Below, piece after piece: positions 9,464 to 16,897 of a stretch of DNA of 32,000 nucleotides. The DNA lies in assembly GCF_000299365.1 (NCBI RefSeq), contig NC_018655.1, forward strand, positions 1,380,001-1,412,000, in the 5' to 3' direction. The DNA comes from Candidatus Nitrosopumilus koreensis AR1 (lineage in GTDB: Archaea; Thermoproteota; Nitrososphaeria; Nitrososphaerales; Nitrosopumilaceae). The notes beneath the pieces were generated by a model. That model was not told where the DNA came from, made no database searches, and saw nothing but the letters and a program-made list of their open reading frames with translations. The translations under genes and the position numbers were made by a program. Numbering within the stretch: the stretch's first letter is position 1; every line of letters begins with the position of its first letter.

Positions 9464-10981
9464 ATGTACTTGTTTGAGATATCAAAAACAGATTTGGCAG
9501 GACGCATAGGTACTATAGAGACAAACCATGGAAAGATTGAAACGCCAGCTTATGTTCCAGTTATTCATCCAGTAAAACAAACAATCCCCTCAAAAAAAAT
9601 CAAAGAGATTGGTTTTGACATAGTAATCACAAATGCATACATTACAAGAAACAACTATGGAGATAAAGCAATAAAAAAAGGAATTCATGAAATTATAAAT
9701 TATGATCGAGGAATCATGACAGACTCTGGAGGCTATCAAGTTTTAGAGTACGGAGATGTTCCAGTATCTCCAACAGAGATGGCAAATTTTGAAGAAGGGA
9801 TTATGACAGACTTTGCAATTCCATTAGACAAACCAACAGGATTTGGACTTCCAATAAAAAAAGCAGAAGCATATGTTAAACATACACTTAGAGTATGTAA
9901 ACAAACTCTTGAGAATAGCAAAGACAATGGACAGATTTGGATTGGGCCAATTCAAGGAGGAGAACATTTTGATCTTGTTGCAAAATCAACAAAAGGTTTG
10001 ATCAAGATGGGTTACAAGATGTTGGCTTTAGGAAGTCCAGTTGAGTTCATGGAGTCATACGAATATAGATTATTAGCTCAGATGATTGTAGCAGCAAAAA
10101 AACAAATTCCACACAATATACCATTACATCTTTTTGGTGCAGGACATCCATTAACGATTCCATTTGCAGTGGCATTGGGTTGCGATACGTTTGATTCTGC
10201 ATCATACATGCTGTATGCAAAACAAAACAGGTACATCACAGAAGACGGAACACGGTACTTATCAGATATAGCAGTGTTTCCATGTAATTGTGAGATATGC
10301 TCAAAGTATACCCCTGAAGAATTACGACAGTTAGAATCAACAGAGAAAATAAACGAACTTGCAATTCATAATCTGTATGCAATAAAATTAGAAGTTGACA
10401 AGGTCAAACAGGCAATACACGAAGGCAGATTATGGGAGTATGTTATAAAAAAAGCAAGGGCACATCCAAAATTATTTGAGATGGTCGAAGTAATGACAGA
10501 AAATGCTGAATTTCTAAAAATTGCAACCCCAAAATTCAAGGAAAGAGCAATTTTTCTATTTGACAAAGAAGATCAATACAGACCTGAAGTGCAATCATTT
10601 CATGAGATAGTTAGGGAATTCAAATCAAAGAAAAAGAAACTGCTAATCACAAAAGAATCATCAACAAAACCAGGATATCTATCTCATCAATTTGTAAACA
10701 TGGCAAAAAAACTCAAAGATTTTGATGAAATTCAAATTTGTCAATATAATCCACAATTAGGATTGATTCCAATTGAGATTTCAGATATGTTTCCTGCTGC
10801 ACATCATGAGACATCAAGAATGAATTTTGATCCTGAAGAATTCCCAGAATTTGGAAAAACATGGCACATATTTTTTGAAAAAAATCAGTTTTCAGAAATT
10901 CGATATGATAAGGATGATGAATTTTTAAAACATTTTGTAAAAACATTGCCAAAAAAAATCAAGAAAAAATCTTTTTCGTAA
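9464..10981 (+). CDS. tgtA: Archaeosine tRNA-guanine transglycosylase (ArcTGT), short form
   Basis: TGT catalytic signatures MTDSGGYQ and LFGAGHP, plus the Zn site CNCEICSKY. The track start is TTG 9458; ATG is at 9464. At about 505 aa it is shorter than the roughly 580-aa euryarchaeal enzymes, and the C-terminus does not look PUA-like. Confidence 0.85.
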   Translation: MYLFEISKTDLAGRIGTIETNHGKIETPAYVPVIHPVKQTIPSKKIKEIGFDIVITNAYITRNNYGDKAIKKGIHEIINYDRGIMTDSGGYQVLEYGDVPVSPTEMANFEEGIMTDFAIPLDKPTGFGLPIKKAEAYVKHTLRVCKQTLENSKDNGQIWIGPIQGGEHFDLVAKSTKGLIKMGYKMLALGSPVEFMESYEYRLLAQMIVAAKKQIPHNIPLHLFGAGHPLTIPFAVALGCDTFDSASYMLYAKQNRYITEDGTRYLSDIAVFPCNCEICSKYTPEELRQLESTEKINELAIHNLYAIKLEVDKVKQAIHEGRLWEYVIKKARAHPKLFEMVEVMTENAEFLKIATPKFKERAIFLFDKEDQYRPEVQSFHEIVREFKSKKKKLLITKESSTKPGYLSHQFVNMAKKLKDFDEIQICQYNPQLGLIPIEISDMFPAAHHETSRMNFDPEEFPEFGKTWHIFFEKNQFSEIRYDKDDEFLKHFVKTLPKKIKKKSFS

Positions 10982-11019
10982 TTAAAAATAAGAAAAAAGA
11001 ATGTGCTAAAAGATTCAGC

Positions 11020-11322
11020 TTATAGTGCTGCGTCTTCGGCCCAACCGTTAATGAAGACACCGTTTTTGTGAAGAGGTACTGGTTGTCCAGCAGTGTAATT
11101 CATTGGTCTCATCCAAAAGATTGATTTTGTTGGGCATACACCGATGCATGCACCATCAGAAATACATCTTTCTGGGTAGAAGACAAATGCTTTACCTCTC
11201 TTCCAGCCTTCAACTGGTTTTACTCTAAGGACATCTGGACCAAGTGTTGTACAGATTTCTACACATAGTGCGCATCCGATACATCTTTGTTCATCAATGT
11301 CTGGAAGTATTGCTATTGGCAT
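11020..11322 (-). CDS. Dicluster ferredoxin (one CxxCxxCxxxC motif and one CxxDxxCxxxCP motif)
   Basis: 100 aa with CIGCALCVEIC and CISDGACIGVCP. Confidence 0.85.
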   Translation of the reverse strand: MPIAILPDIDEQRCIGCALCVEICTTLGPDVLRVKPVEGWKRGKAFVFYPERCISDGACIGVCPTKSIFWMRPMNYTAGQPVPLHKNGVFINGWAEDAAL

Positions 11323-11347
11323 TACAACAGTAAGATTGCTTGGTTAC

Positions 11348-11355
11348 TATTTAAA
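11348..11355 (-). promoter_or_regulatory. TATA-like box (TTTAAATA on minus strand) for the ferredoxin gene
   Basis: 25 nt separate the box from ATG 11322, which suggests a leaderless or near-leaderless mRNA. Confidence 0.4.
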
Positions 11356-11424
11356 CCATGATTGATATCCATAACCCTGTTATGAAATTTGATCGTCAAA
11401 AATCATGCGCAAAGTTTGGACTGA

Positions 11425-11463
11425 AAATTTTAAAAAACAAAAAGATAACGTGATTATCACGTT
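11425..11463 (-). terminator. Hairpin plus oligo-T terminator downstream of the 30-codon ORF
   Basis: On the minus strand the sequence reads TAA-ACGTGATAATCACGTT-ATCTTTTTGTTTTTTAAAATTTT. There is a perfect 8+1+8 palindrome at 11447-11463, followed by T5 and T6 tracts. Oligo-T is the usual archaeal termination signal. Confidence 0.4.
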
Positions 11464-11555
11464 TATTTTCTCATTGCGTCTATTTGACCAGAAGTAACCC
11501 AGTCAAGTAATTCTGCAGAAGATGGATTGAGGTCTGCTTTCTCCATGTTAGGCAT
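11463..11555 (-). CDS. Candidate small protein, 30 aa (MPNMEKADLNPSSAELLDWVTSGQIDAMRK)
   Basis: Below the track size cut-off; found by hand. ATG 11555 has a TATA-like box 25 nt upstream, and a hairpin plus T-tract follows immediately after the stop. No homology could be assessed. Confidence 0.3.
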   Translation of the reverse strand: MPNMEKADLNPSSAELLDWVTSGQIDAMRK

Positions 11556-11580
11556 AATGATCGGTTTTCACTCAAGAAGG

Positions 11581-11586
11581 TTTTAA
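11581..11586. promoter_or_regulatory. Shared, possibly bidirectional, TATA-like element (TTTTAA/TTAAAA)
   Basis: Exactly 25 nt separate it from the minus-strand ATG at 11555 and 25 nt from the plus-strand TTG at 11612. Confidence 0.35.
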
Positions 11587-11589
11587 CGT

Positions 11590-11605
11590 AGATGAAAATT
11601 CATCT
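11590..11605. promoter_or_regulatory. Inverted repeat AGATGAA-aa-TTCATCT between the TATA box and the beta-CASP start
   Basis: 7-bp arms with a 2-nt spacer. The position fits an operator for the plus-strand gene. Confidence 0.25.
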
Positions 11606-11611
11606 TAATTC

Positions 11612-12877
11612 TTGAATGTCAAAGTTTTAGGAGCAGCCAATGAGGTTGGCAGATCAGGTTTTTTAGTAAATTGTAATGGAACAAACCTCCTACTAGATTA
11701 CGGAGTGTTGTTTGGTAGAAGGGGCACACCACCACAATATCCGCTTCACGTAAAACCCAAGGATTTAGATGCAATAATAATTACACATGCTCACTTAGAT
11801 CATTCTGGAAATGTTCCATCACTTTTTGTAAGTGGAAATACTGACGTATATGCAACTCCTCCAACATTTGATTTATCAAAATTATTAATTGAAGATATGC
11901 TAAAAATTGAAAAAAATTCACATCCATTTGACATACCTGAATTAAACAATATGATGAAAAATGCAAAAGAGATTGGATTTAGGCAAAAGGTAACTAAAGG
12001 TAATGCAACGTTTGAGCTAAGAGAATCAGGACACGTGATTGGTGGAAGTACAGTACTAGTAGAATCTGAGGGAAAACGACTATTCTATACGGGAGACATT
12101 AAAACAAATGGATCAAGAATGCTTCGAGAGATGGATTTGGATATTGGAGAAATTGACATGTTAATTACTGAAAGTACATACGCCAAAACAGAACAAAAAC
12201 CAAGAAAAGAGTCCGAAGATGAACTAATAGAATTTGCAAAAGAAGTAATGGACAGAAAAGGCATATTGTTTATTCCATCATTTTCAGTTGAGCGTTCTCA
12301 AGAAATTGCATGCATTTTAAGGAATGCAAATTTTAAACATAGAATCATCATGGATGGGATGGCATTAAAAGTAAATGAAATAATGTTTAGACATCCAGAA
12401 TATCTCCGAGATCCAAAAGTATTTTCTGATGCAATTAAAGGTGCTACTGCAATAACAGATCATGCTGAAAGAAAACGGGTAATGGAAGAACCCTGTGTTG
12501 TTATTTCTCCTGCAGGTATGCTAGTTGGTGGAAATGCAGTTTTCTATTTACAGCATCTAGCATTTAATGATAAAAACGGGATTGCTCTTGTTTCATATCA
12601 AGGCGAAGGCACTCCAGGCAAAAAATTGTTAGAAACAGGAAAGGTATCAGCTAGAGGAAAAGATATCAGCGTAACTGCACAGGTAAAACAGTTTGAGTTT
12701 TCAGGTCATGCAGACAGAAATGAGTTATTTGACATGATAAAAAAAATCAAAGGAAATCCCAAAGTACTCACAGTACACGGAGATTCTGAATCATGTGATT
12801 TGTTTGCACAAGAAATACATGAGAAATTTGGATTAGAGGCACACTCTCCTGCAGTAAATGAAGAAATTACTGTATGA
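11612..12877 (+). CDS. Metallo-beta-lactamase/beta-CASP ribonuclease (archaeal CPSF-like, short form without KH domains)
   Basis: HAHLDHSG (HxHxDH), ITESTYA (motif A), FSGHAD (motif B) and TVHGD (motif C). A TTG start is obligatory: an in-frame TAA lies two codons upstream, and the next in-frame Met lies well inside the conserved metallo-beta-lactamase fold. Confidence 0.85.
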   Translation: MNVKVLGAANEVGRSGFLVNCNGTNLLLDYGVLFGRRGTPPQYPLHVKPKDLDAIIITHAHLDHSGNVPSLFVSGNTDVYATPPTFDLSKLLIEDMLKIEKNSHPFDIPELNNMMKNAKEIGFRQKVTKGNATFELRESGHVIGGSTVLVESEGKRLFYTGDIKTNGSRMLREMDLDIGEIDMLITESTYAKTEQKPRKESEDELIEFAKEVMDRKGILFIPSFSVERSQEIACILRNANFKHRIIMDGMALKVNEIMFRHPEYLRDPKVFSDAIKGATAITDHAERKRVMEEPCVVISPAGMLVGGNAVFYLQHLAFNDKNGIALVSYQGEGTPGKKLLETGKVSARGKDISVTAQVKQFEFSGHADRNELFDMIKKIKGNPKVLTVHGDSESCDLFAQEIHEKFGLEAHSPAVNEEITV

Positions 12878-13721
12878 TATGCAAGTCAAACAACCAATAG
12901 ATGTAGAAAATTCAATAAATAGCGGCCAAGTTTTTCTTTGGAAAAAAAATGACAAGTATTGGTATGGGATCAATGGTCAAGATGTTCTTCAGGTAGACGA
13001 ATATGGAAAAATAAAATCTCTTAAAAATTATAAAACAGATTTTTTTAGAAATAAAGATAATTTTGATAAAATAATAAAGTCCATTTCAAAAGATAAAATA
13101 GTAAAAAATGCTGTAAAAAAATATCCAGGATTAAGAATCACAAAACAAGATCCTTTTCAATGCATAATTTCATTTATTATATCATCTAATTCAAACATCC
13201 AAAAAATTAAAAATAATTTAGAAAATATATCAAAGAGATTTGGGGAAAGAATAGAATACAAAGATCAGGAATTTTTTTTATTTCCTAATGCAAGAATACT
13301 TTCCAAAGCATCAATAAATGAAATTAAAAAGTGTGGTGTAGGATACCGTGCAGAATTCATAAAAGAAGCTGCAAAAATTATATCCTCTGAAAAATTCAAA
13401 ATTGAAAACCTAAAAACAGACAGTTATTCTGATGCAAAAAAGAAAATGTGTATCATTCCAGGCATAGGAAACAAGGTAGCAGATTGTATTTTGTTATTTT
13501 CTCTTGACAAATTAGAAGCATTTCCATTAGATAGATGGATGATTAGAATTTTAGAAAAATATTATTCAAAAAAATTTCAATTGAACACAAAGACAATTAC
13601 AGAAAAACAATATGAAATTCTACATAAAAAAATTGTAGATTATTTTGGCCCATATGCAGGATATGCTCAACAATTTCTCTTCAAAATGGAAAGAGAAAAC
13701 TACAGAAAAAAGTGGCTGTAA
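12858..13721 (+). CDS. ogg: 8-oxoguanine DNA glycosylase/AP lyase (HhH-GPD, Ogg family)
   Basis: HhH-GPD signature IPGIGNKVADCILLFSL...FPLDRWM. ATG 12858 overlaps the upstream gene by 20 nt. An alternative ATG at 12879 lies just after that gene's stop. Confidence 0.75.
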   Translation: MKKLLYDMQVKQPIDVENSINSGQVFLWKKNDKYWYGINGQDVLQVDEYGKIKSLKNYKTDFFRNKDNFDKIIKSISKDKIVKNAVKKYPGLRITKQDPFQCIISFIISSNSNIQKIKNNLENISKRFGERIEYKDQEFFLFPNARILSKASINEIKKCGVGYRAEFIKEAAKIISSEKFKIENLKTDSYSDAKKKMCIIPGIGNKVADCILLFSLDKLEAFPLDRWMIRILEKYYSKKFQLNTKTITEKQYEILHKKIVDYFGPYAGYAQQFLFKMERENYRKKWL

Positions 13722-13724
13722 ACC

Positions 13725-13732
13725 CTTAAAAT
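13725..13732 (+). promoter_or_regulatory. TATA-like box (CTTAAAAT) for tRNA-Arg
   Basis: 22 nt upstream of the first tRNA nucleotide (13755). Confidence 0.35.
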
Positions 13733-13754
13733 GGTAATTAATTGCTAGGTTTTT

Positions 13755-13829
13755 GGGCCCATAGCTCAGCATGGATAGAGTGCCGGACTTCTAATCCGAT
13801 GGTCAAGGGATCGAAGCCCTTTGGGCCCG
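13755..13829 (+). tRNA. tRNA-Arg (anticodon UCU), 75 nt, no intron, CCA not encoded
   Basis: Folded by hand. Acceptor stem GGGCCCA/TGGGCCC; D stem GCTC/GAGT; anticodon stem CCGGA/TCCGA (C27-A43 mismatch); loop CT-TCT-AA; variable loop TGGTC; T stem AAGGG/CCCTT; discriminator G. Confidence 0.9.
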
Positions 13830-13870
13830 CTTAACAAAATTATTTATTCTAACCAGAAGATGGGTTTTTT

Positions 13871-14221
13871 GTGAAAGATATAGAATTCAAATTAAATTCA
13901 ACAGATATTCATCCAAATTCCGAGATTAAAGGAACAATTACTGTGTCATATCCAGGCAGATATGACGGAGTAGTAATCAATACACAGATTTTGGATTCAA
14001 ATGAACACATCACCTACAAGTCATACAATGGAAAAACCATTTCAAATAATGTGGCAAGATTATTTATCAACAAAGACGTCATGATAGATGACAAAGCAGA
14101 ATTTACTGCAGTGATAAAATTTGAGCCAACCCAAGAATATGAAGTAAAATTCAGGGCATCAATTATTGAACAACACAAAGAAATTGAAAGTCAAATAATT
14201 TTTGCAAAGTATTCTAACTAG
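13871..14221 (+). CDS. Hypothetical 116-aa protein, predicted all-beta (weak arrestin-N/Spo0M-like pattern)
   Basis: ORF with GTG start. IEFKLNSTDIHPNSEIKGTITVSYPGRYDGVVI resembles the first strands of Spo0M/arrestin-type sandwiches, by eye only. Confidence 0.45.
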   Translation: MKDIEFKLNSTDIHPNSEIKGTITVSYPGRYDGVVINTQILDSNEHITYKSYNGKTISNNVARLFINKDVMIDDKAEFTAVIKFEPTQEYEVKFRASIIEQHKEIESQIIFAKYSN

Positions 14222-14679
14222 AATCTGCTCTTTTCTACAATAACTGAACCAGTCATCCATGGATGAGGTTGGCAATGATAATGAACTTCTTGTGGCTCAG
14301 TAAATAGAAATTCATAGGTATCTCCAGGTTTTAGAACACCAGTAGAGCCAAAATCACCACTGTACGTATCAGCATGCCTATGATCAGGGGTCACAGTGTG
14401 AGCAGTATCATCATGATTTTCCCAAATCACTTTGTTATTGATTTCTAACAACGCTTCAGCTTTGTTTGGAACGTAGTTTTCATTACCTTCTATAACAGCA
14501 CCAGGAACAATTTGTATAATTAGTTCTTTTTCAGGATTCAAAATGTGTTCAGATACAGAAGGCTTTGCCAAAGATTCTGGAAGGTAGAAAGATGTGTAAA
14601 ATACAACAGTTGCAGACATGCCAACAATTAATGCAATTAATCCTATACCATATGCATGACTTGATGTTGGACTACTCAT
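14218..14679 (-). CDS. Membrane-anchored plastocyanin-like type-1 (blue) copper protein
   Basis: N-terminal TM helix. Cu ligands are H in DDTAHTVTP and C/H/M in YHCQPHPWMTG (C-x2-H-x3-M spacing). An ATGA overlap with the cytochrome b stop suggests translational coupling. Confidence 0.85.
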   Translation of the reverse strand: MSSPTSSHAYGIGLIALIVGMSATVVFYTSFYLPESLAKPSVSEHILNPEKELIIQIVPGAVIEGNENYVPNKAEALLEINNKVIWENHDDTAHTVTPDHRHADTYSGDFGSTGVLKPGDTYEFLFTEPQEVHYHCQPHPWMTGSVIVEKSRF

Positions 14680-16265
14680 AATTTTTTCACCCCATCAAGA
14701 TCATCGGTTCCAATATTTGAGTCATTACTTGCACCAACTCCTAAATCGGATTGAGATTTTGGAGTAGGAATTTCAGGAGCCAATTCTTTTGGTTTTTCCT
14801 CTGGTTTGGTAGTATCTTCTGGAAGTTCACTTTGTTCAGATGTCTCAGGTTCTGCAAGTTTTGGTTTTTCATCAGATACTGGAACTGGTGGTGGCGGTGG
14901 AGCATTTTTTTGTTCACTTAATCCATATCTATACACATGGAAGAATGCTGCAAATACCAACAAAATAATTCCAATAAAGAACAATGATACATTCTTCATT
15001 CCTGTTAATGCTGCATTATATGCTGCAATGTTTAGAAATACTTGGAATGCTAATAATGCAATCAATACCCAATTAATCCATTTTTCAGAAAGATTGATTG
15101 TAGCCACTTTCTTTGGACCAGTACTTTTTGCAATCTTTGATTTTCTTTCTGCTTCATTTGCAAGCTTAATCATCATGTAAGTGAATCCAAATCCTAAAGG
15201 AACCATTAAGATCATTGTAGAATAGAAGAATATTGGATCAATTACCAGACGTTCTACCAATGGAACTGAGATGTCAGGTGAGATATAGAATCCCCAATAA
15301 GTTGTGACCATTATTTGTGCAAGACTAGTAATTCCAAATGCAGTGACAATTGGTCTTTCTCTCCAAGAGAATTTCTTGTATCTATCAATGAATGGAACCA
15401 ATACAAACGATATGATAAATATCAACGGCCAGAGTAACCCTGTTACAAACTTGTCATATTGTGTCCTCATGAACGCGTAAATTCCTGTCAAATACCACTC
15501 AGGAACAGTAACACCAGGCGGTACCGTAGGTTCAAACTTGAATCCCATGTCAATTGGGAACACACCTCCTGTGATGAGAATTGCACCACCAATTGCCATT
15601 ACCATAGGTACATCAAATACTAAGAACCGTGGAAAATGAACAGCCATCAATCCAAGCATAACAATTGGTAACAAGAATACATGTTGAGCATAGAATCTTA
15701 ATACAAAGTCAGAAAACCCACTACCCAACGCTGCATCACGAATTGTCGGGCCTGCAACAGGGATAGACGTTGTTAGAGACGCTGCAATACTAATTGCAAG
15801 TTCTGCTCGTTCACTAAAGATAACATCATATCCAGTAAATGCTTCTAAAATAGTTACAACACCCAAAATAACACCAGTCATCCATAATACTTCATTTCTA
15901 ATTTTGTATCTTCCACTAAAGTATTGATAATACATGTGAAGAACAGCCAAGAGTACCATTGCATTAGAGCCATGATAGTGTATGTTTCTTATATGGAAAC
16001 CAAATGGAACTTCGTCATTGATGAATTGAACACTATCCCATGCCCTATCCAAAATTGGTTGATAATAAAACATGAGTAGAGCTCCAGAAATTCCTAGAAT
16101 GATAAATACAATGAATGTTAACATTCCCAAAAATCCAAATGGACTTACAAATCTTGCAGGAAATGAAAACTTGATTGCAGTAAAGATGGTTCTATCTACA
16201 CCATCCCATAACCAATAAAGAAATTCAACTACACCGTTTCTTCTTTGCTCAAGCGAAACGGCCAT
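14676..16265 (-). CDS. Cytochrome b (complex III, fused b6/subunit IV-like) with extra C-terminal helices and a Pro/Glu/Lys-rich tail
   Basis: Heme-ligand pairs lie in IRNIHYHGSNAMVLLAVLHMY and AQHVFLLPIVMLGLMAVHF, and there are many TM helices. The track start is TTG 16271. I prefer ATG 16265, which has GGAG 9 nt upstream. Confidence 0.85.
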   Translation of the reverse strand: MAVSLEQRRNGVVEFLYWLWDGVDRTIFTAIKFSFPARFVSPFGFLGMLTFIVFIILGISGALLMFYYQPILDRAWDSVQFINDEVPFGFHIRNIHYHGSNAMVLLAVLHMYYQYFSGRYKIRNEVLWMTGVILGVVTILEAFTGYDVIFSERAELAISIAASLTTSIPVAGPTIRDAALGSGFSDFVLRFYAQHVFLLPIVMLGLMAVHFPRFLVFDVPMVMAIGGAILITGGVFPIDMGFKFEPTVPPGVTVPEWYLTGIYAFMRTQYDKFVTGLLWPLIFIISFVLVPFIDRYKKFSWRERPIVTAFGITSLAQIMVTTYWGFYISPDISVPLVERLVIDPIFFYSTMILMVPLGFGFTYMMIKLANEAERKSKIAKSTGPKKVATINLSEKWINWVLIALLAFQVFLNIAAYNAALTGMKNVSLFFIGIILLVFAAFFHVYRYGLSEQKNAPPPPPVPVSDEKPKLAEPETSEQSELPEDTTKPEEKPKELAPEIPTPKSQSDLGVGASNDSNIGTDDLDGVKKL

Positions 16266-16854
16266 ATCCAATTACTCCATTATCATTTGCATTGAAATTT
16301 GGTGGCATGATAAACACCAATCCATCTGAATCAATTTCTAAAGTTAGTTTAGGTAAAGTGTTTGAAGGTGCTGCTTGTACTGATGCAGGACCAACAAAAG
16401 CAGTTCCAGTTACCGGATCATACATACTTCCATGACAAGGACATTCTCCTCTTTTTCTTCCCTCATCAGGCCAATATTTCCATAAACACCAAAGATGTAA
16501 ACAAATCATACTATAAGCTCTAAATGCAGAGATATCATTTTTCCCACCACCTAATTCTTCAGGAAGTCGGATGAATTGCCACTTACGAAATGCTTCTGCG
16601 TCAAGTGCGGCATCCCCTGTAGCTGGATATGTAATGACTTCAGCGTGATTAACTGGATAAGTGTTAACATTTGCTTGAGTGCCATCAGGCAAAATTACAG
16701 GTACCTTTTCAAGAGAAGCCTGATTTGGGTTTGGCATGAAATTTCCAAATGGGACAAACGGAGCAAAAGCTAAACCAGTTCCTGCGGCACCCATTAACTT
16801 TAGAAAGTCTCTTCGGGATAATCCGGCAGACTTTTTTGTCCCCACCTCTGACAT
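16249..16854 (-). CDS. Rieske [2Fe-2S] protein with twin-arginine signal
   Basis: SRRDFLK Tat motif, and cluster boxes CLHLWC and CPCHGS. Confidence 0.9.
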   Translation of the reverse strand: MSEVGTKKSAGLSRRDFLKLMGAAGTGLAFAPFVPFGNFMPNPNQASLEKVPVILPDGTQANVNTYPVNHAEVITYPATGDAALDAEAFRKWQFIRLPEELGGGKNDISAFRAYSMICLHLWCLWKYWPDEGRKRGECPCHGSMYDPVTGTAFVGPASVQAAPSNTLPKLTLEIDSDGLVFIMPPNFNANDNGVIGYGRFA

Positions 16855-16880
16855 TCAAGCTGACGTACTCGCCAAATTGC

Positions 16881-16887
16881 TTATAAA
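16881..16887 (-). promoter_or_regulatory. TATA-like box (TTTATAA on minus strand) for the Rieske/cyt b/plastocyanin operon
   Basis: 26 nt separate it from ATG 16854, inside the 43-nt gap after the subtilase stop. Confidence 0.4.
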
Positions 16888-16897
16888 CCTTGTTCAG

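Noticed and set aside
11358-11424. Possible C/D-box sRNA (ATGATTGA ... CTGA about 67 nt apart) in the ferredoxin-upstream region
   Set aside because: The C box is imperfect (UGAUUGA rather than UGAUGA). I found no convincing D'/C' boxes at the right spacing and no terminal stem. AT-rich sequence gives such partial matches easily.
13755-13870. tRNA-Arg as an integration hotspot (looked for an integrase or a direct repeat of the tRNA 3' half nearby)
   Set aside because: Flanking genes are core functions (ogg, complex III). No integrase is present, and I noticed no repeat of the tRNA 3' end within the window. An exhaustive search was not possible by eye.
14806-15180. Plus-strand 124-aa ORF with a poly-Gly stretch
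   Set aside because: It is antisense to the cytochrome b Pro-rich tail and TM region, with GGN codons mirroring CCN. It is a shadow ORF.
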